Assembly: GCA_031835245.2 (NCBI GenBank) | Contig: JAVKOQ020000044.1 | Coordinates: 1 to 64,000, forward strand | Reading direction: 5' to 3' | DNA from: Balamuthia mandrillaris | Lineage: Eukaryota | DNA: 64,000 nt | Shown: positions 25,501 through 38,474 of the stretch, in pieces | Position numbering within the stretch: position 1 is the first letter of the stretch | How the letters are laid out: every line of letters starts with the position of its first letter | The notes under the pieces: model-generated | What the model saw: the letters and a program-made list of their open reading frames with translations, nothing else | Databases searched by the model: none | Told to the model about the DNA's origin: nothing | Position numbers and translations under genes: made by a program

Positions 25501-28500
25501 CAGATGGAGGTCTTGCCGCTTCCTGTCTCACCAACCAACAGAACTGGCTCTTTGTGTTGCAGACAGCGACCGACGAGAGTGAAGAGACGCCGCATGCTCT
25601 TGGTCCAAACGATGTGCTCAAAGCCTTCAAGTGTTTTCAGTTCTTCAATGGTGACGCTTCCGTAGGAAGTGTTGTCTTCTTCTGGATTTGGGGCGTCATG
25701 AGAAGAAGCTTTTGTATGTGCCGTTAAGAACGAGAAATGACAAACGAGAAAGAGGTGTAGGTATTTTACCTTGTTCTTGTGGAGGACGAGCAAAGCCACG
25801 GTTGTAAATGGCATTGAGGTCCAGAGAGACACGTGGCATGTGCTTTTCCAGGCAATATTGAATTACCTGTTTCTCTTCATCCCTCCGAAGTCTTCAAACA
25901 TCACAAGACACAATCAGAATAAATGCAAAATAACATTAATAAGGGAGTGAGAAGAAAGGAAGACAAGACGAAAGAAATATTAAGTACCTTTCAGCCAGCA
26001 ACATATAGCCTTCCTCGGCCAATTCCTGCCAGCTGCCCGGCCGCCGTTCTGCCCATCGAAACAAGTCTCGCAAAGTAATGAACCCATGTTTGCCAGCAAA
26101 CACGCGAGTGCCCTGTCGGTGACGTTGCAAGTCTTGCATGACCAACACCAGCTTCTTACAATAGGAAGGAGGTAGTTGGCAACGTTGGTTAAGAATAGTC
26201 TCCAATTCCTCCGATGGAATGTCGTCGATGTGGAGCTCCAAGAAGCGATTACGAAAAGCTCTGGAAAGAACTTTTCTGCCGCCGTAAATGCCTGGAGGGT
26301 TTTGCGTGGCGAATAACATAAAGTGAGGATGAGGCCTCACGATCTCTTGGGTCTCAGGTATGAACAGCTCGTGATTGTCGTCCAGCAGCCTGTTCAACGC
26401 CTCTAACACTTCCGAAGGAGCCAAGTTGAGCTCATCCAACACCACCCAATAGCCCTTACGAACAGCTTCTACCAATATACCCTCGCGAAAGACTAGCTTG
26501 CCTGTTTGAGGGTCGGACACATACGTTCCCAAATATTCTTGTATGTCCGTGTGCTCGTGGTTGTTGATCCTTACAAAGCGATGTCCTGTTCTGCGTGCAA
26601 GATATTCCACCATGCTGGTCTTTCCGCTGGAGGTGGGACCTTGCAAAAGTACAGGATATTTGCCGGCAAGAACGATGCGAGCCAAGTTGGTGATGTGTTG
26701 ACGAATAGTAGGGGTGAGGATGTAGCTGGCAGGATTGATGGGAGGTTGATCTCCAACAGCGATCCAAAACTGTTCAAACAGAACATGAGAGGAAGTGACT
26801 GTTTCCTTTCCTTCGTCACCATAGTCATCAACATCTTCCTCGTTGTTCTTGCTCTTGGTGGCAGAGGAAGATGGTCGTCTCGGAGGTCTTTTCAGCTCTT
26901 TTGGGCTCATACCTTGGAGAAAGTGCTGATCGATGAGCTTGGCCATCAAAGGATAGCTCGCCTCGTTGAGCTGCGTCAAGAAGCTCATCCGAAAGCCCTC
27001 GTAGAGCGCTCTCTTGGGGCCATAGCCCATTGGCAGGATAAGTTTGGCATACTCCAAGGCCCTGCACAGTGTTCTCAAGCTATAGTGCGGCTTCTGGTTG
27101 GCTCCGTCGGCCAGTTCCACTCGAGCCGCGCTCCTCGCGGCCAAATAGAAGCTGACGATTTCGTCAATGGGCGGTTTGGTCATCGCTTCTGACAAGTAGG
27201 ACGAGACCACGATGCGTAGATCCTCAGCGCTGCTCAGCTCGTCGACGTAGATCTCGGTGAAGCGGTTGCGAAGCGCGGGGACCAGGTTCTTCTTGCCAAT
27301 ATCGGTTGGAGGATTCATGCAAGCAAAGATGCGGAGGTCAGGATGCCTTGGGATGGGCTCCACGTCCCCTCGTTCGGTAAGACAAACGGAGCCCCCGTCC
27401 AGAAGGCTGCTGATGCTTTCCAACGTTTCTGCTGTGGCCAAGTTAATCTCGTCGAGTAGGAGCCAGTGCCCGTTGCGGATGGCGTTGACGAGAGAGCCTT
27501 CCACAAAGGAGAAGGCAAAGTTGTTCTTCACTTGCTCTTGTTGCAACTCGAATTTGGAGATGGCAGCAGCGAATTGCTTCCATTCTTCTCTCAGTTGAGG
27601 ACTCCAACTACCATCTTTCGAGGTGGATGAAGATGAAGCATTTGAAGAAGCGTTGCTGTTGGAACGCGTTTTTCTCTTTCGTTGAGTTGAGCGCTGTTGG
27701 TTGGAGTTTTGTTGTTCTTCTACTGGATGCTTGTTGGTGCCTGCTTTTTGTCTTTGTTCCAACTTTTGTGCTGCCATTCGAACGGCTTGGTTAAGCAATC
27801 GGACGAAGCGAGGCCAGTTCTTCTTCGCATAACTCAGTTCCACATCGTTAATGAACTTTTTGTTGGCCTATTAAGATTGCAGGAAAAAAAAGTGAGTTGA
27901 TAAACAGGAATTAAAGAATAGAAAATAAATAAAAACTCACCTTTCGTGAAAATGTTTTGGTAAAAAGTTTTTCAAACTGTTGCTTCAAAGGAGCGCATAC
28001 AATGCGTAGCTCCACCGGTTTAAATCCTCCCAACAAGTCTGCAGTGTCACTTTGTTGCGACATGTTCTATTTTGAAAAAAAAAATGGTGAGGAAAAAAAA
28101 ACACCCAGCAAGAGAAGAGCAAGAATAACAGCAACAAACCTGAATGGTAAGAGGCCTGTTGAGCATGTTGGCCAAGTATTGCACCACCGACGTTTTTCCC
28201 GTTCCCGTTTCACCAACGAGCAGTACTGGCTCTTCCATGTACACAGACATCGCTATCTTTTCGAGCAGTGTTAAGGAATGCTTGGTATGCGCAAAGTTCC
28301 GCGTTTGCTGCTCACCAAGACCTATTTTTGCCTATTTATTTTCAAGCACAAATTTTAGACAACAAACAAAGGGGAGAACAGAGAGAGAGAGAGAGAGAGA
28401 GAGAGAAGGAATTGAAAGTACCTGAAGTTGGATCTTTGGAAGAGTAACGCGACCAACACAAAAAGCGGAAGGAGAACGAGTGGTGGATGGCTTATACATG

Positions 28501-30527
28501 TCTAAGTAATGGTGACTCCGTTCGGGAGTGAGTCCCCAACAAGAGCCCAAAATGGTGCAGCATTGGCGACGCCATTTGGGAGAGGGGATGAGAGCAGCGA
28601 AGCAGTCCATGGCCTCTGAGAAGATCGCTTCTCGTACTTGCAATGTAGTCATGTTTTCGTGGGCGGAATGTTTGAAAAGACGATGCACTCGTTTGCACCA
28701 TTTCAGCAAGTCTCTGCAATAAAAGCAACAGGTTACATTTTTAAAAAAATAACCAGTTGGAACTCGGAAGAGAGATAGAAAGGTACCTCGTAGAGAGGTA
28801 TCGCCCTGCAAAGACAGAAGGAAGCAAGTATTGTGTTTTGGGTGTTTGTGGCGTATCCACTGGTTCTTGTTTGTTTGAGGATGCAGTCCGTGTCAACGCG
28901 AGGTACGTTTCTAGGGAGAAAGCAGAGAACATCAGATAAGAATAAGAAGTGCTATGAGAATTACAAAAAATCTTACCCATGAACTGCGGAACCAATGAAG
29001 CTATTTCTGGATACTTGATGCGAAGAACTTCGCTCAATTCTTCCGAAGTGAGAGGATCCACAATCACTCGTGTCCAAAAGTTACCCAAAAGTCGAGCTAA
29101 TCATTTTTTGTCATACAAGTAGTTAGCGAAAAGGTAAAAAGCAGCAACGAAAGAAAACTAGAATGCTAGAAGTACCATTTTGAGAAGACGAGGAGGCATT
29201 TCCAGGTAACAACGTTTGCGTCGCAAACAGTTGAAAGGACTTGGGAGCACAAACCACCTCTCCTCTTCCCGGAATGAAAAGCTGCCTCGTCTCCAACAAC
29301 GGGATGAGCACCGACAGAATCTCCAACGGAGCCATGTCAATGTCCTCTATAACGATCCATCGTCCCTCTCTTACCGCTTGCGTCAGTGCTCCTGCCTGCC
29401 ATCGAAACTCTCCTGGCACGTCTGTGCATACGTAGGTGCCGAGCAGAACCTTGGCATCGGTCTGATCGCCAAGGTGGATGCGAATGAGATCGCGCGGATG
29501 GTGGAGGGCGAGAGTGGCCAGCTCCTCGATTAGAGCGGTCTTGCCTGCCCCTGTCACGCCCTCCAAGAGGATGGGTTGGCCTTGGCAGACGGCCAGAGCG
29601 AGAGCGCGCATGTTTTGAGCTGCTGTGGGAGTGTAGACGAGGCGATTTTCTTTGTGGTTGGTGGTTTCGTTAGCATTTGCTGTTTCTTCACTCGTGATTA
29701 GTGTTGTGCTGTATTATTAAGTTTAGTCAATTTTCGGGTGAGAGAGAGAGAGAGAGAATGAAAGAACGAGAAGTTGAGAGAATGCGAGCGAGCATGAGAG
29801 ATGTAGAGAGACAAAGATAATAGTGAAGAGGCGTACTTGTTTGAAATGTTCGATTTCTTAGATAAGAGTATGCCACAAACATCGACAAGAGGAGTGTGCA
29901 GGTCCTTTGCTTCTACGATGGTGGTGTTTGAGGATGTTTGTTCTGGTTTCTCTGCGTTGCCTACCAATAAGGCCATTTGCTCCAAGGCCTCTTCCTCCCC
30001 TTCTTTTATGCTAAAAAGGACAAATAAGATAAAATTAAAACTAAGAGAGGAAACAGAGCAATAACGTACCATTGCTCCTGAAGAATTTTAATTTGTTCTT
30101 TGTCTGTGTTAAGAGGCAGCTTCCACTTGCTGCTATCACTGACTCGAAGCAGCAAAGCAACGCATCGCAGAGTGTAATGCCGAAGAGTCTTGTCCTCCAA
30201 AGAGAGCAAAGCAAAGAATGGGCTCCAGTCCCAGAGAGTGCTGCCAAACTCAGCCACGGAGAAGCGGAGCAACCGATATGCGGTTTGTGCTAGGCGAATC
30301 CACACTGAAATGGGTACTTTGGAGACGTCTGTCATTCGTTCTATTCGCTCAAAGAGTGAAGGCACTCTCGCGAAGTATTCCAGTATCGTGCTACAGCAAT
30401 GCATAGAAAGAAAGCGTAAAGAGAGACGAGATAGGAAACCCAAGATAAGCGAGAAGAAAGGAGAGGAATGAGAGAGAGAGGGAGAGGGAGAGGGAGGGAG
30501 AGAGACAGCAAAGAAAGCAAAAGACAG

Positions 30528-30563
<36 letters not shown>

Positions 30564-30849
30564 AAAGCAACCTGCAAAGGTGAGGTGCCAAAGGTAATAT
30601 CTTGCTAAAGGCACTGGCCACGGACTCCACCGGGAAAAGCTCTGTGCTGGCGCCAGCATGTGTCATCGCCGTTCCTTCGTAGACCACTCGACCCACAAAC
30701 TCGCTCAGCAAAGGACGAAAGAGGCGAGCGATGGGAAGAGTGAGCTCCTCCTCGGTGACCAGCAAGGTGCTGAGCTCAATCAGCACTGCCTCCTTGTCTT
30801 GTGAGTTGAGAGCATTTGTCTGTGCATCAAAAGTCAACGACAAGCAGAC

Positions 30850-30890
<41 letters not shown>

Positions 30891-31117
30891 AGAAGCAGAG
30901 AAGCAGAGAAGCAGAGAAGCAGAGAAGCAGAGAAGCAGAGAAGCAGAGAAGCAGAGAAGCAGAGAAGCAGAGAAGCAGAGAAGCAGAGGGGTACCGGTTT
31001 AGAAAGAAAAGCCACGATAGCGGAAGGGGTGGCGGACGTGGCCATGTAGTGAGCAAACGCGGAGCAAGAGGCGTGCAGCGTGCGCAACGGAGGCAAAAGA
31101 TCAAACTGGAACTTCAT
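10538..31117 (-). CDS. MDN1: Midasin (Rea1) AAA+ ATPase for 60S ribosome biogenesis
   Basis: Six Walker A motifs (GVTGAGKT, GETGTGKT, GPTSSGKT, GETGSGKT, GSPGVGKT, GPPASGKT), long linker, D/E-rich tail, C-terminal MIDAS (AIDDSRS), and GDYRTGKRLNMKKVIPYIAS. Confidence 0.97.
30889..30984. repeat. (AGAGAAGC)x12 next to (GA)n in MDN1 intron 1
   Basis: Directly visible. Confidence 0.95.
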
Positions 31118-31428
31118 CTTCGCAAGGAGGGAAGAAAAAGAAATCTTTTGCCTTCTCCGGTGAAAAATAAAATAAAAATAAATAAATAAATCTACTATTG
31201 AAAACTGGCGTAGCGCCGGAAGCGTCAATGCGAGACTTGGTGGTCCTTCGCCTCCCTTCACGTCAGAAACCGAGGCAGGCAGAGAGCGGAAAGAAAAAGA
31301 GCAGCAGCAAGAGGCAAGGATAGGGCAAAGCGTCTCTTCTTTCTTCTTTCTTCCTTTTGTCGACAGGAAAAATATCGGAAAATGTGCAATTCTGCTTGAG
31401 GAGTGGATTTCTTTTAGTTCCTCCGCTT

Positions 31429-31573
31429 GCCGGTTCGACTCCAGCCCACAACAAATTTATTTTTGTTTGTTGGAACGGATCCGGTTTCGAATCCCGGTGC
31501 CACCAAATTTTCTTTCACATCTAGTCGACAATAATTATAATGGGTAGCCGCCGATTCGACTCCCAGTGTAACC
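31429..31573 (+). promoter_or_regulatory. Three B-box / tRNA-3'-end-like motifs in the MDN1-kinase divergent promoter
   Basis: GGTTCGACTCC (31432), GTTTCGAATCC (31484), GATTCGACTCC (31553), each followed by T-rich tracts; no full cloverleaf. Confidence 0.55.
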
Positions 31574-31800
31574 GATTTTATTTTTTCAAAAAGAAACCGA
31601 AAATAAAAATTTAAGAGAACGAAAAAAAAAGAAAGAAAGAAAGAAAACCAAAAAAAAAAGGTCCGTTAAATCTCTTTCTTCTCTTCTCTCTCTTCTCTCT
31701 TCCCCTTCTTTTTCTTCTCCATTTGTTTTCGTTGTCGTTTTTTTTTTTTTTTTGTTCACACACCAATCATCATCATCATCATCCACAGAAAGAAAACCAA

Positions 31801-34656
31801 ATGTTGTCCTCCGACGCATCGCCCAAAGAGAAATCCGAATCGAGTAGCAGCGGCAGCGGCCGTTCCTCCTTCTCTTCTTCTTCCTCTTCTGCTTCTTTCT
31901 CCTCTTCTTCAGCACAACAGCAGCAGCAGCTGGTGGAGGTCCTCGCGCCCAGCGACGAGCAGGCCATGAGGCCCAGCGAGAATTGGGTGATCGACCCCAC
32001 CAAGCTGACCACGCACAAGGAGATCGGCAGAGGCGCCTTCGGGGTGGTCTACAAGGGGGAGTTCTTGGGCACCGTGGTGGCCGTGAAGAAGCTTCATACC
32101 AGCGACGACGACATCATCAAAGACTTTTTGCACGAGGTAACACTTTTTTCAATCAAACGAACAAGAGCTCTTCTTCTTCTTGTTCTTCTTCTTCTTGTTA
32201 TTATTCTTCTTCTTCTTCTTCTTCTTCTTCTCTCTTTCTCTCTTTACTTTCTTTTTCTTCTTTTTATTTTTATTTTTATTTTATTATTTTATTTTATTAT
32301 TTTATTATTTTATTATATTTTTTATAAATCTGATGTGACGTTTTTGACGCGTGGAACGATATATGACCCAAAAGGTGGAAGTCATGAAGACGCTGCGACA
32401 CCCGTATGCTCCCTTTTTTTTTTCTCTCCTTCTTTCTCTCTTTCGTGTTCTTCTGCTTGTTGTTCGGCGTGGTTGGAAGTTGTCTTCTTTCTGTAGTTTT
32501 CTTTCATTCATTTCTTTTGTGACTAATGTTTATGTATTTTTTTTTTGTTCTGCATTCGTTTTTGTTGCAATGTTGTTTTCTCAGGAATATCGTGTTGTGG
32601 ATGGGAGTTCATCACAATGAAGAAACTGGAGAGTTATCCATTGTCACAGAGTTTGTTCAAAATGGTTTCTCTCTCTCTCTGATCTTCTCTGTTCTATCTA
32701 TCTATCTTTCTTCTCTGCTTCTCTGCTTTCTTCATTCATTCTTTCTTCTTCCTTCTTCTTCCTCTCGTCTCCCGTTGCCTAATAGCAATTGTTGTCGATA
32801 GGCACACTGTCCAGATATTTGGCTGAGCCAGGAGACATACCATGGGTCACCCGAGTGCGCATGGCCTGGGAGATTGCTCAGGCTTTGGCGTACCTGCACG
32901 ATAAAAACCTTTTACACAGAGGTACACGCCTCGTCTTTTTTCGTTTCTTCTTCTTTCGCTCCTAACTTATTGACATTGATTTTAAAAACGTTAGATCTCA
33001 AAAGTGAGAACATTTTGGTTTGTATATATTTATTGTCGTTCTCTTTTTCCTTTCTTACCTTTAAAAAATGCAGTTGGGAGTAAGTTACGAATGTAAAGTT
33101 GCCGATTTTGGCTTAGCAGTGCTGCTAGACCGCGAGCGCAACATCAAGCTTTCCGCCGTAGGCACGCCCTGGTGGCGCGCACCCGAGGTCAACCAATACT
33201 CTTACGACGGCCGGGCTGATATCTTCAGCTTTGGCATCGTGCTCGGTGAGCTCGTCCTCCGCCAGGACGGAGAGAACATCCGCCTGGGGATGACATACCA
33301 GAAGAAAGGGCGGCTAGAGTTTGGCGTGGACTCGGCTCGTTTGAGGCAGATCATCCGGGAGGCCGCTCCAGACTGTCCTCCCGCTCTGGTGGAGCTGACG
33401 GTTGCCTGCTGCAATGAGGACCCCAAGGACCGGCCCACGTTGGAAGAGATTGTGAAAGAGTTAGCAGAGCTACATCAGGGTTTGACGGCATTAGATAAGA
33501 GGTTAGCGGAGTTGGTCAAGGACAAACATGGACGGGATCTGTTTCGTTCTTTGGCTACTGCTGTACGTTTTCGTTTTGTTACTCTTTTCTTGCTCGTTGC
33601 TTCCTTTTCTTTTCGTCTTTTTAATTCTAGCGTTTTGTTTCTCTTTTCGTTTATGTTCTTTTGCTAACTGTTTTGAGGTATGCAAACAGTCTTTCAAATC
33701 AATGAATGGGGTGCGGGTGAAGAGAAGTGATATCCTACAAACAATAGCCGGCCAGTTACATAAAGATGCTGACAGGAGCTTAACCGAAGATGAGATCAAC
33801 AACATCGATACAATGTTTCGTACGTATTATTTATCTTCTTTGTTTCACTCTTTCGTTTGTCGTTCTCTCTTCTTATTCACTTATTTTTTGCAAAACACAA
33901 AAAAAGCTTCTTCTGCAAAATCTACAGTAACGCTCGAAGAGTTTGCACCTTTTTGGAAATGGTACTCTGCCACACGTAATCTTATCATGGACAAGAGGGT
34001 TTGTTTTCTTCCTTCTGTTGCTCTCATTACCCGTTCTGTTGCTCTTTTTTTTTGTCTCTCCACTCCGGTTCCATCCCCTCGGTTGCTCATTCTCTCGGTC
34101 TCCTCTTCCCTCTCGTCTCGCTTCTCGTGCTTAAAAATAGTTACTGGGGTTGTGGAAAGTTGGTTTCATCCATGGATTCATCTCACGAGAGACTTCAACG
34201 GAGCTCCTCACAAAACAAAACAAGCCAAAGACGTGTATCTTCCGATTTAGCAGCAGCAAATATGGCAGTCTCGTCATCAGCTACATCACACAAGCCGGAG
34301 GAAAGGTTTCTTTTTCTTTCTTTCTTGTCGTTTCTTTCTTTTGTTTCTTTCTCTCTCCTCTTTTCTCTTTCGTTCTCTTTACTTTGTTTTCTTTTCTTAT
34401 CCTTTGCTAACACCACAACAAAAAGGTCTTTCACGATTTGATAAACACGCACCCACACGGATTCTCCACAAAGAGCGGCATCATGAAGCAGACCATCAAG
34501 AAAGTGTTGACAGAGACGGAGCCCGAGTACAAACAGCTGAACTACGTCTATCCAGATGTGCCCTTCAGCAACGTTGCCTTCTACGATCCGCTCGGCGGCT
34601 CTTCCTCCGATGCAGACGATGGCTATAACTATAACTACAACGTGCGAACAAAGTGA
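31801..34656 (+). CDS. TKL protein kinase with C-terminal SH2 domain (SHK-like)
   Basis: GRGAFG, VAVKK, HRDLKSEN, DFG, GTPWWRAPE; SH2 motif LWKVGFIHGFISR...FRFSSSKYGSLVISY; many short exons. Confidence 0.88.
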
Positions 34657-34742
34657 AAACGAAACGACAAGGAAGAAAGAAAAACTGGCTTTCTCCTTTC
34701 GCCCAACGTTTTTAAAAAATATAAGTATGTATTATCGCATCG

Positions 34743-37103
34743 CTATTGAGGGATTTTCATGCGAAGATACTCGAGCAGGGCAGCCGTGCCTTTTTCCATG
34801 ATGGTGCTGCGTATGCTGCGGATCCGGTTGCCTTGCAGCTCCAGGTATTGCAACGAAGTCAGCAAGCCTAATTCTGGTGGCTGCGATGATTTGTTTTGTT
34901 TGTTTTTTCAGGCAAACAAGCTTAGCAAGCAGAAGAGAGAAGGAACAAAAGCTGAAAGAATGAAGGTGAAGGAGTGCGGAATGAAGACAGAATAACGAAA
35001 GCAGGAAAGAAGGAAGAAAGAATGAATGTGGGTTGGGAGAGATTCGTACCACAGCAGTTAGGTCGCAAGAGCCAAGGTTGAGAACGGAAAGGTTGGTCAG
35101 TCGGGTGATGGAAAGAGGCAGCTCTGCCACCTGGTTAAAGTATAAGTCCAGAGAGGTGAGGCTCGTCAACGAAAACAAGGACTCATCCAGGCGCGTTATC
35201 TGGTTGTGACTGGCATGAAGAGTCTGCAAAGCAGTCAAGTTCTCCAGTTCCGTTGGCAGCTCCTTTATCTTGTTTACACTGGCCATTTTGGTACAGAGAT
35301 AAGCTACCATTTTCTCTTCTCTCTTCTGTCAACAAGCACAAACCTTAAGTCTATGGATCGCAGTTTAGGCAGCCGGCAAAGCACGATAGGAAACTGAGTA
35401 AAAGCATTCTTCTTGGCAGAGAAGAATGTCAGCTCTGCGCATGCAGCCAATTCCTCCGGTAACGCAGTCAGGCTATTCTCATCCAAACGAAGCGACTGCA
35501 AGTGCTGAAATTCGCTCACACGAGGAGACAACGTCTTCAACCGGTTCTGACTGCAGTCCATCTCTCTCAAGATATCAGCCACCTGCCACGCCGTCTCCGG
35601 CAACTCCTCCAACTGACTCTTGCTCAGATCCAACGCTTTGGAGCATTGTGCCTCGTTCATGATGCTCGCTTGTGCCATCGCTTGCATGCTTCGTTCCTCC
35701 TTTTTCATACTTGGATGTTCGTCCTCTTTGGGAATCTTGTCACGAAGGTATTGAAGAAGCTCGTCAATGGATTTATCGAGCACGGCTTGACGAAAGCCTC
35801 GCAGAGGGTTCGAGGAAAGACAGAGACTTTGCAAGGAGGTCATGAGGCCCAACGTGGGAGGCACGGAGGTCAGTTGGTTCATGGAGAGGTTCAAGCGCAG
35901 GAGTTGAAGGTTGGAGAGGCTCTCAGGAACGGAGGAGAGGTTGTTCTCTTGGAGGTCTAATACTCGAAGAGATGCAGAGGAGCCGATGGATTCCGGCAAA
36001 GAAGCAATATGATTGGCGGCGGCAATGAGCTCTTGGAGTTGGTTGAGGCAGAAGAGATCATCTGGGAGTGCTGTTAGTGAATTGTTGGAGAGGTTGAGAT
36101 GTGTCTATGAAGAAAGAGAAGGAGGAACGTCAGTCGGAATAAAAGAACCAAAGCATTCGAGAAGATAATACCAGAGAAGGCCAAGCCTTAGCGAGAGAGG
36201 GAAGAGCGGAAAGCTTGTTTGTGCTAATATCCAACTCCTTCAAAGTGCTCATGTGACAGAGCTCCTCGGGAATGGAGTCAATATGATTGTGAGCCAGTTT
36301 CAGGACTTGAAGCGTGGTTGACTCTCCTGTTTTGTTGGTTGAGAGCGAAAGAATAAGCAATCTATTTGTCGAAATGAAGACTGGTGAAATAACACGCTGT
36401 ACCAAGAGCAACAGGAAGGCTTTTCAAGTTGTTGTGGCTCAAATCGATCCTATTATTAGTAAAGAAGAATAATAAATATTAAATAAAAAGAAAAGGAGGA
36501 GGTAGAGGAATGGAGAATAGGATAGAGAGAAGAAACCACAAACGTGACGATCGAAGCAAGTTGACCGAGTTCAGGCGGTAAAGAGGACAGCTTGTTATGG
36601 TGCAACACAAGGAAACGCAGTTCCTTCGCGTTGGCTATAGCCTCTGGGAGCGACTCGAGCGCATTGTGCTGCAGGTCAAGCGTTGACAGCGTCTCGATGG
36701 AAAACAGCTCTGCTGGCAAAGAGACCAGCTCGTTGTGTCCCACGTTCTGTTGTAACAGAGCTAACATTGTTAGTTCGTGAAAGAGAGAGAAAGAGAAGAG
36801 AGAAGCATAGAAGAGAAGAAGGAGAAGAAGAAGAAGAAGAAGAAGAAGCAAACGAAGAAGAAGAAGCAGAAGCAGAATTTTTTTGAAAAAAAGTACCAAG
36901 TTAACGAGTTCCGGCCAACATTCGTCTATCTTTTTGCCCTGCGGAGGAGCAAGAGATTTGATCTTATTGTCGACAAGGTTCAACGTAGCGAACGGTTCTC
37001 TCTCCCAACGCGGATACTTTTCTCCAAACTTTTTTGTTTCCGCAACAAAAACCCATCAGATCAACAGAGGAGAAGAGGGAGAGAGAAGGAAGGAAGAGAG
37101 AGC

Positions 37104-37134
<31 letters not shown>

Positions 37135-37348
37135 CGAAACGAACGTCCAAATGATAAACATCAAATAATTGGGGAGGCACTTCGGTGAGGCCATGGTAGG
37201 CCAGGTTGACGTTGCCCTGCTGGATGGACTTTTGGAGGACCAAGGAAGGCTTCGTAAAGTCCACTTTGGGGGCACCCCCACCCCCACCAGCAGCATCGGA
37301 CAACACGCCTCCTCCTCCTCCTCCTCCGCCCACGAATACGAATTGCAT
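34743..37348 (-). CDS. LRRC40: Leucine-rich repeat protein, LRRC40-like
   Basis: Two LRR blocks, each capped ([10 protein letters not shown] and [15 protein letters not shown]), resembling the LRRC40 architecture as recalled; start codon uncertain. Confidence 0.72.
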
Positions 37349-37619
37349 TTTTCTTTTCTTTTCTTTTCGTTAATTTTTTTTTTGTTGCCAACAAAAAATT
37401 TCTCCGTTTTCCCGCCTTTTTTTTTCTTTCGTGACGACGTGTTATAATGGGGCGAGATTGTTTGATTTTGTACTGGCTGGTGATCCACGAATAGCAAAAT
37501 TACCATATAGATCAGCCTCCTGAAAATGATGATCTAACCAAGATCGAAAATGGTTTTTTTTTCGAGGAAAAATTTGGCTCTTTTTGTTTGCCTTTTTTTC
37601 CAGACAGCCCAACACAACC

Positions 37620-38387
37620 ATGGAAAGGGGGACAGAAGGGAAGAGAAGGGACAACCTCCACCACCGCAAAGACAAAGAAACGCAGGATTGAAACGGTGCA
37701 TTCTCCTCCTCTTCCATTTCCTTGTGCTTGGGACGTTTACCACATTCGCTCCAAGTTCTCTTCTCCTCCTTGGATTTTTTTTGTGTGTCTTCTCATCTCT
37801 TCCCACTGGCCAAATACAGCAAGAGGGAGGGAAGGGCAGCAGGGTGGAAGGACGGGCTTCCAAACAATCGGCCTCCACTCCGTCCTTCTCTTCAGAACCT
37901 TCACCTTGTGCTTCTCCATCCAGTTCTCCTGCTTCTTCTTCTTCTTCCTCTGCCACTACTCCTTTCCATTCTGCTTCTTCTTGTTCTTCTTCTTCTTCTA
38001 CCACTACTGCCACAACGACTTCGTTAGCCGCAAAGGACGCGGGAGGAGCGATTGACGTTCTCCCAGACGAACTGTTGGTCCACATTTTTTCATGAATGTT
38101 GCCCTATTGCAGCGTGGCGCCAGCCTCCCGAACTCTGGGATGAAAGTACCTGCGTCAAGGCTGCCAAGAACGGCCAGTTGGCGGTGTTGAAATGGCTCGT
38201 GCGGACGGGATGTCCTTGGAGCAGACAGGCCTGCACCAAAGCAGCAGAGAATGGGCATTTGGAGGTGGTGAAGTGGATCCATGCAGCAGGGTTGCCTTGG
38301 GAACTGTGGGAGGTGAACAGCATTGCTCACGTGAAGGGTCACACAGAGATAATTGTGTTTGTTAAGAGGTGCTCCCCTGGGCACTAG
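37620..38387 (+). pseudogene. F-box/GCPW-ankyrin pseudogene
   Basis: VLPDELLVHIFS*MLPYCSVAPASRT (in-frame TGA 38093-38095), then a frameshift into WDESTCVKAAKNGQLAVLKW...GCPW repeats; 5' limit approximate. Confidence 0.75.
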
Positions 38388-38474
38388 CAAATGGGAAAGA
38401 AAGTCTCCTATCTGAGAAGAATACAATCCATTTAAATCAAAGAACAGCGTACTATTTTGTTTTGTTTCCATGAC

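Noticed and set aside
31400..31580. Intact, split or permuted tRNA genes
   Set aside because: No complementary 5' acceptor strands, D-arms or anticodon arms were found upstream or downstream.
38093..38095. Selenocysteine or readthrough TGA
   Set aside because: The position is an extra codon relative to the paralog, and a frameshift follows within ~40 nt.
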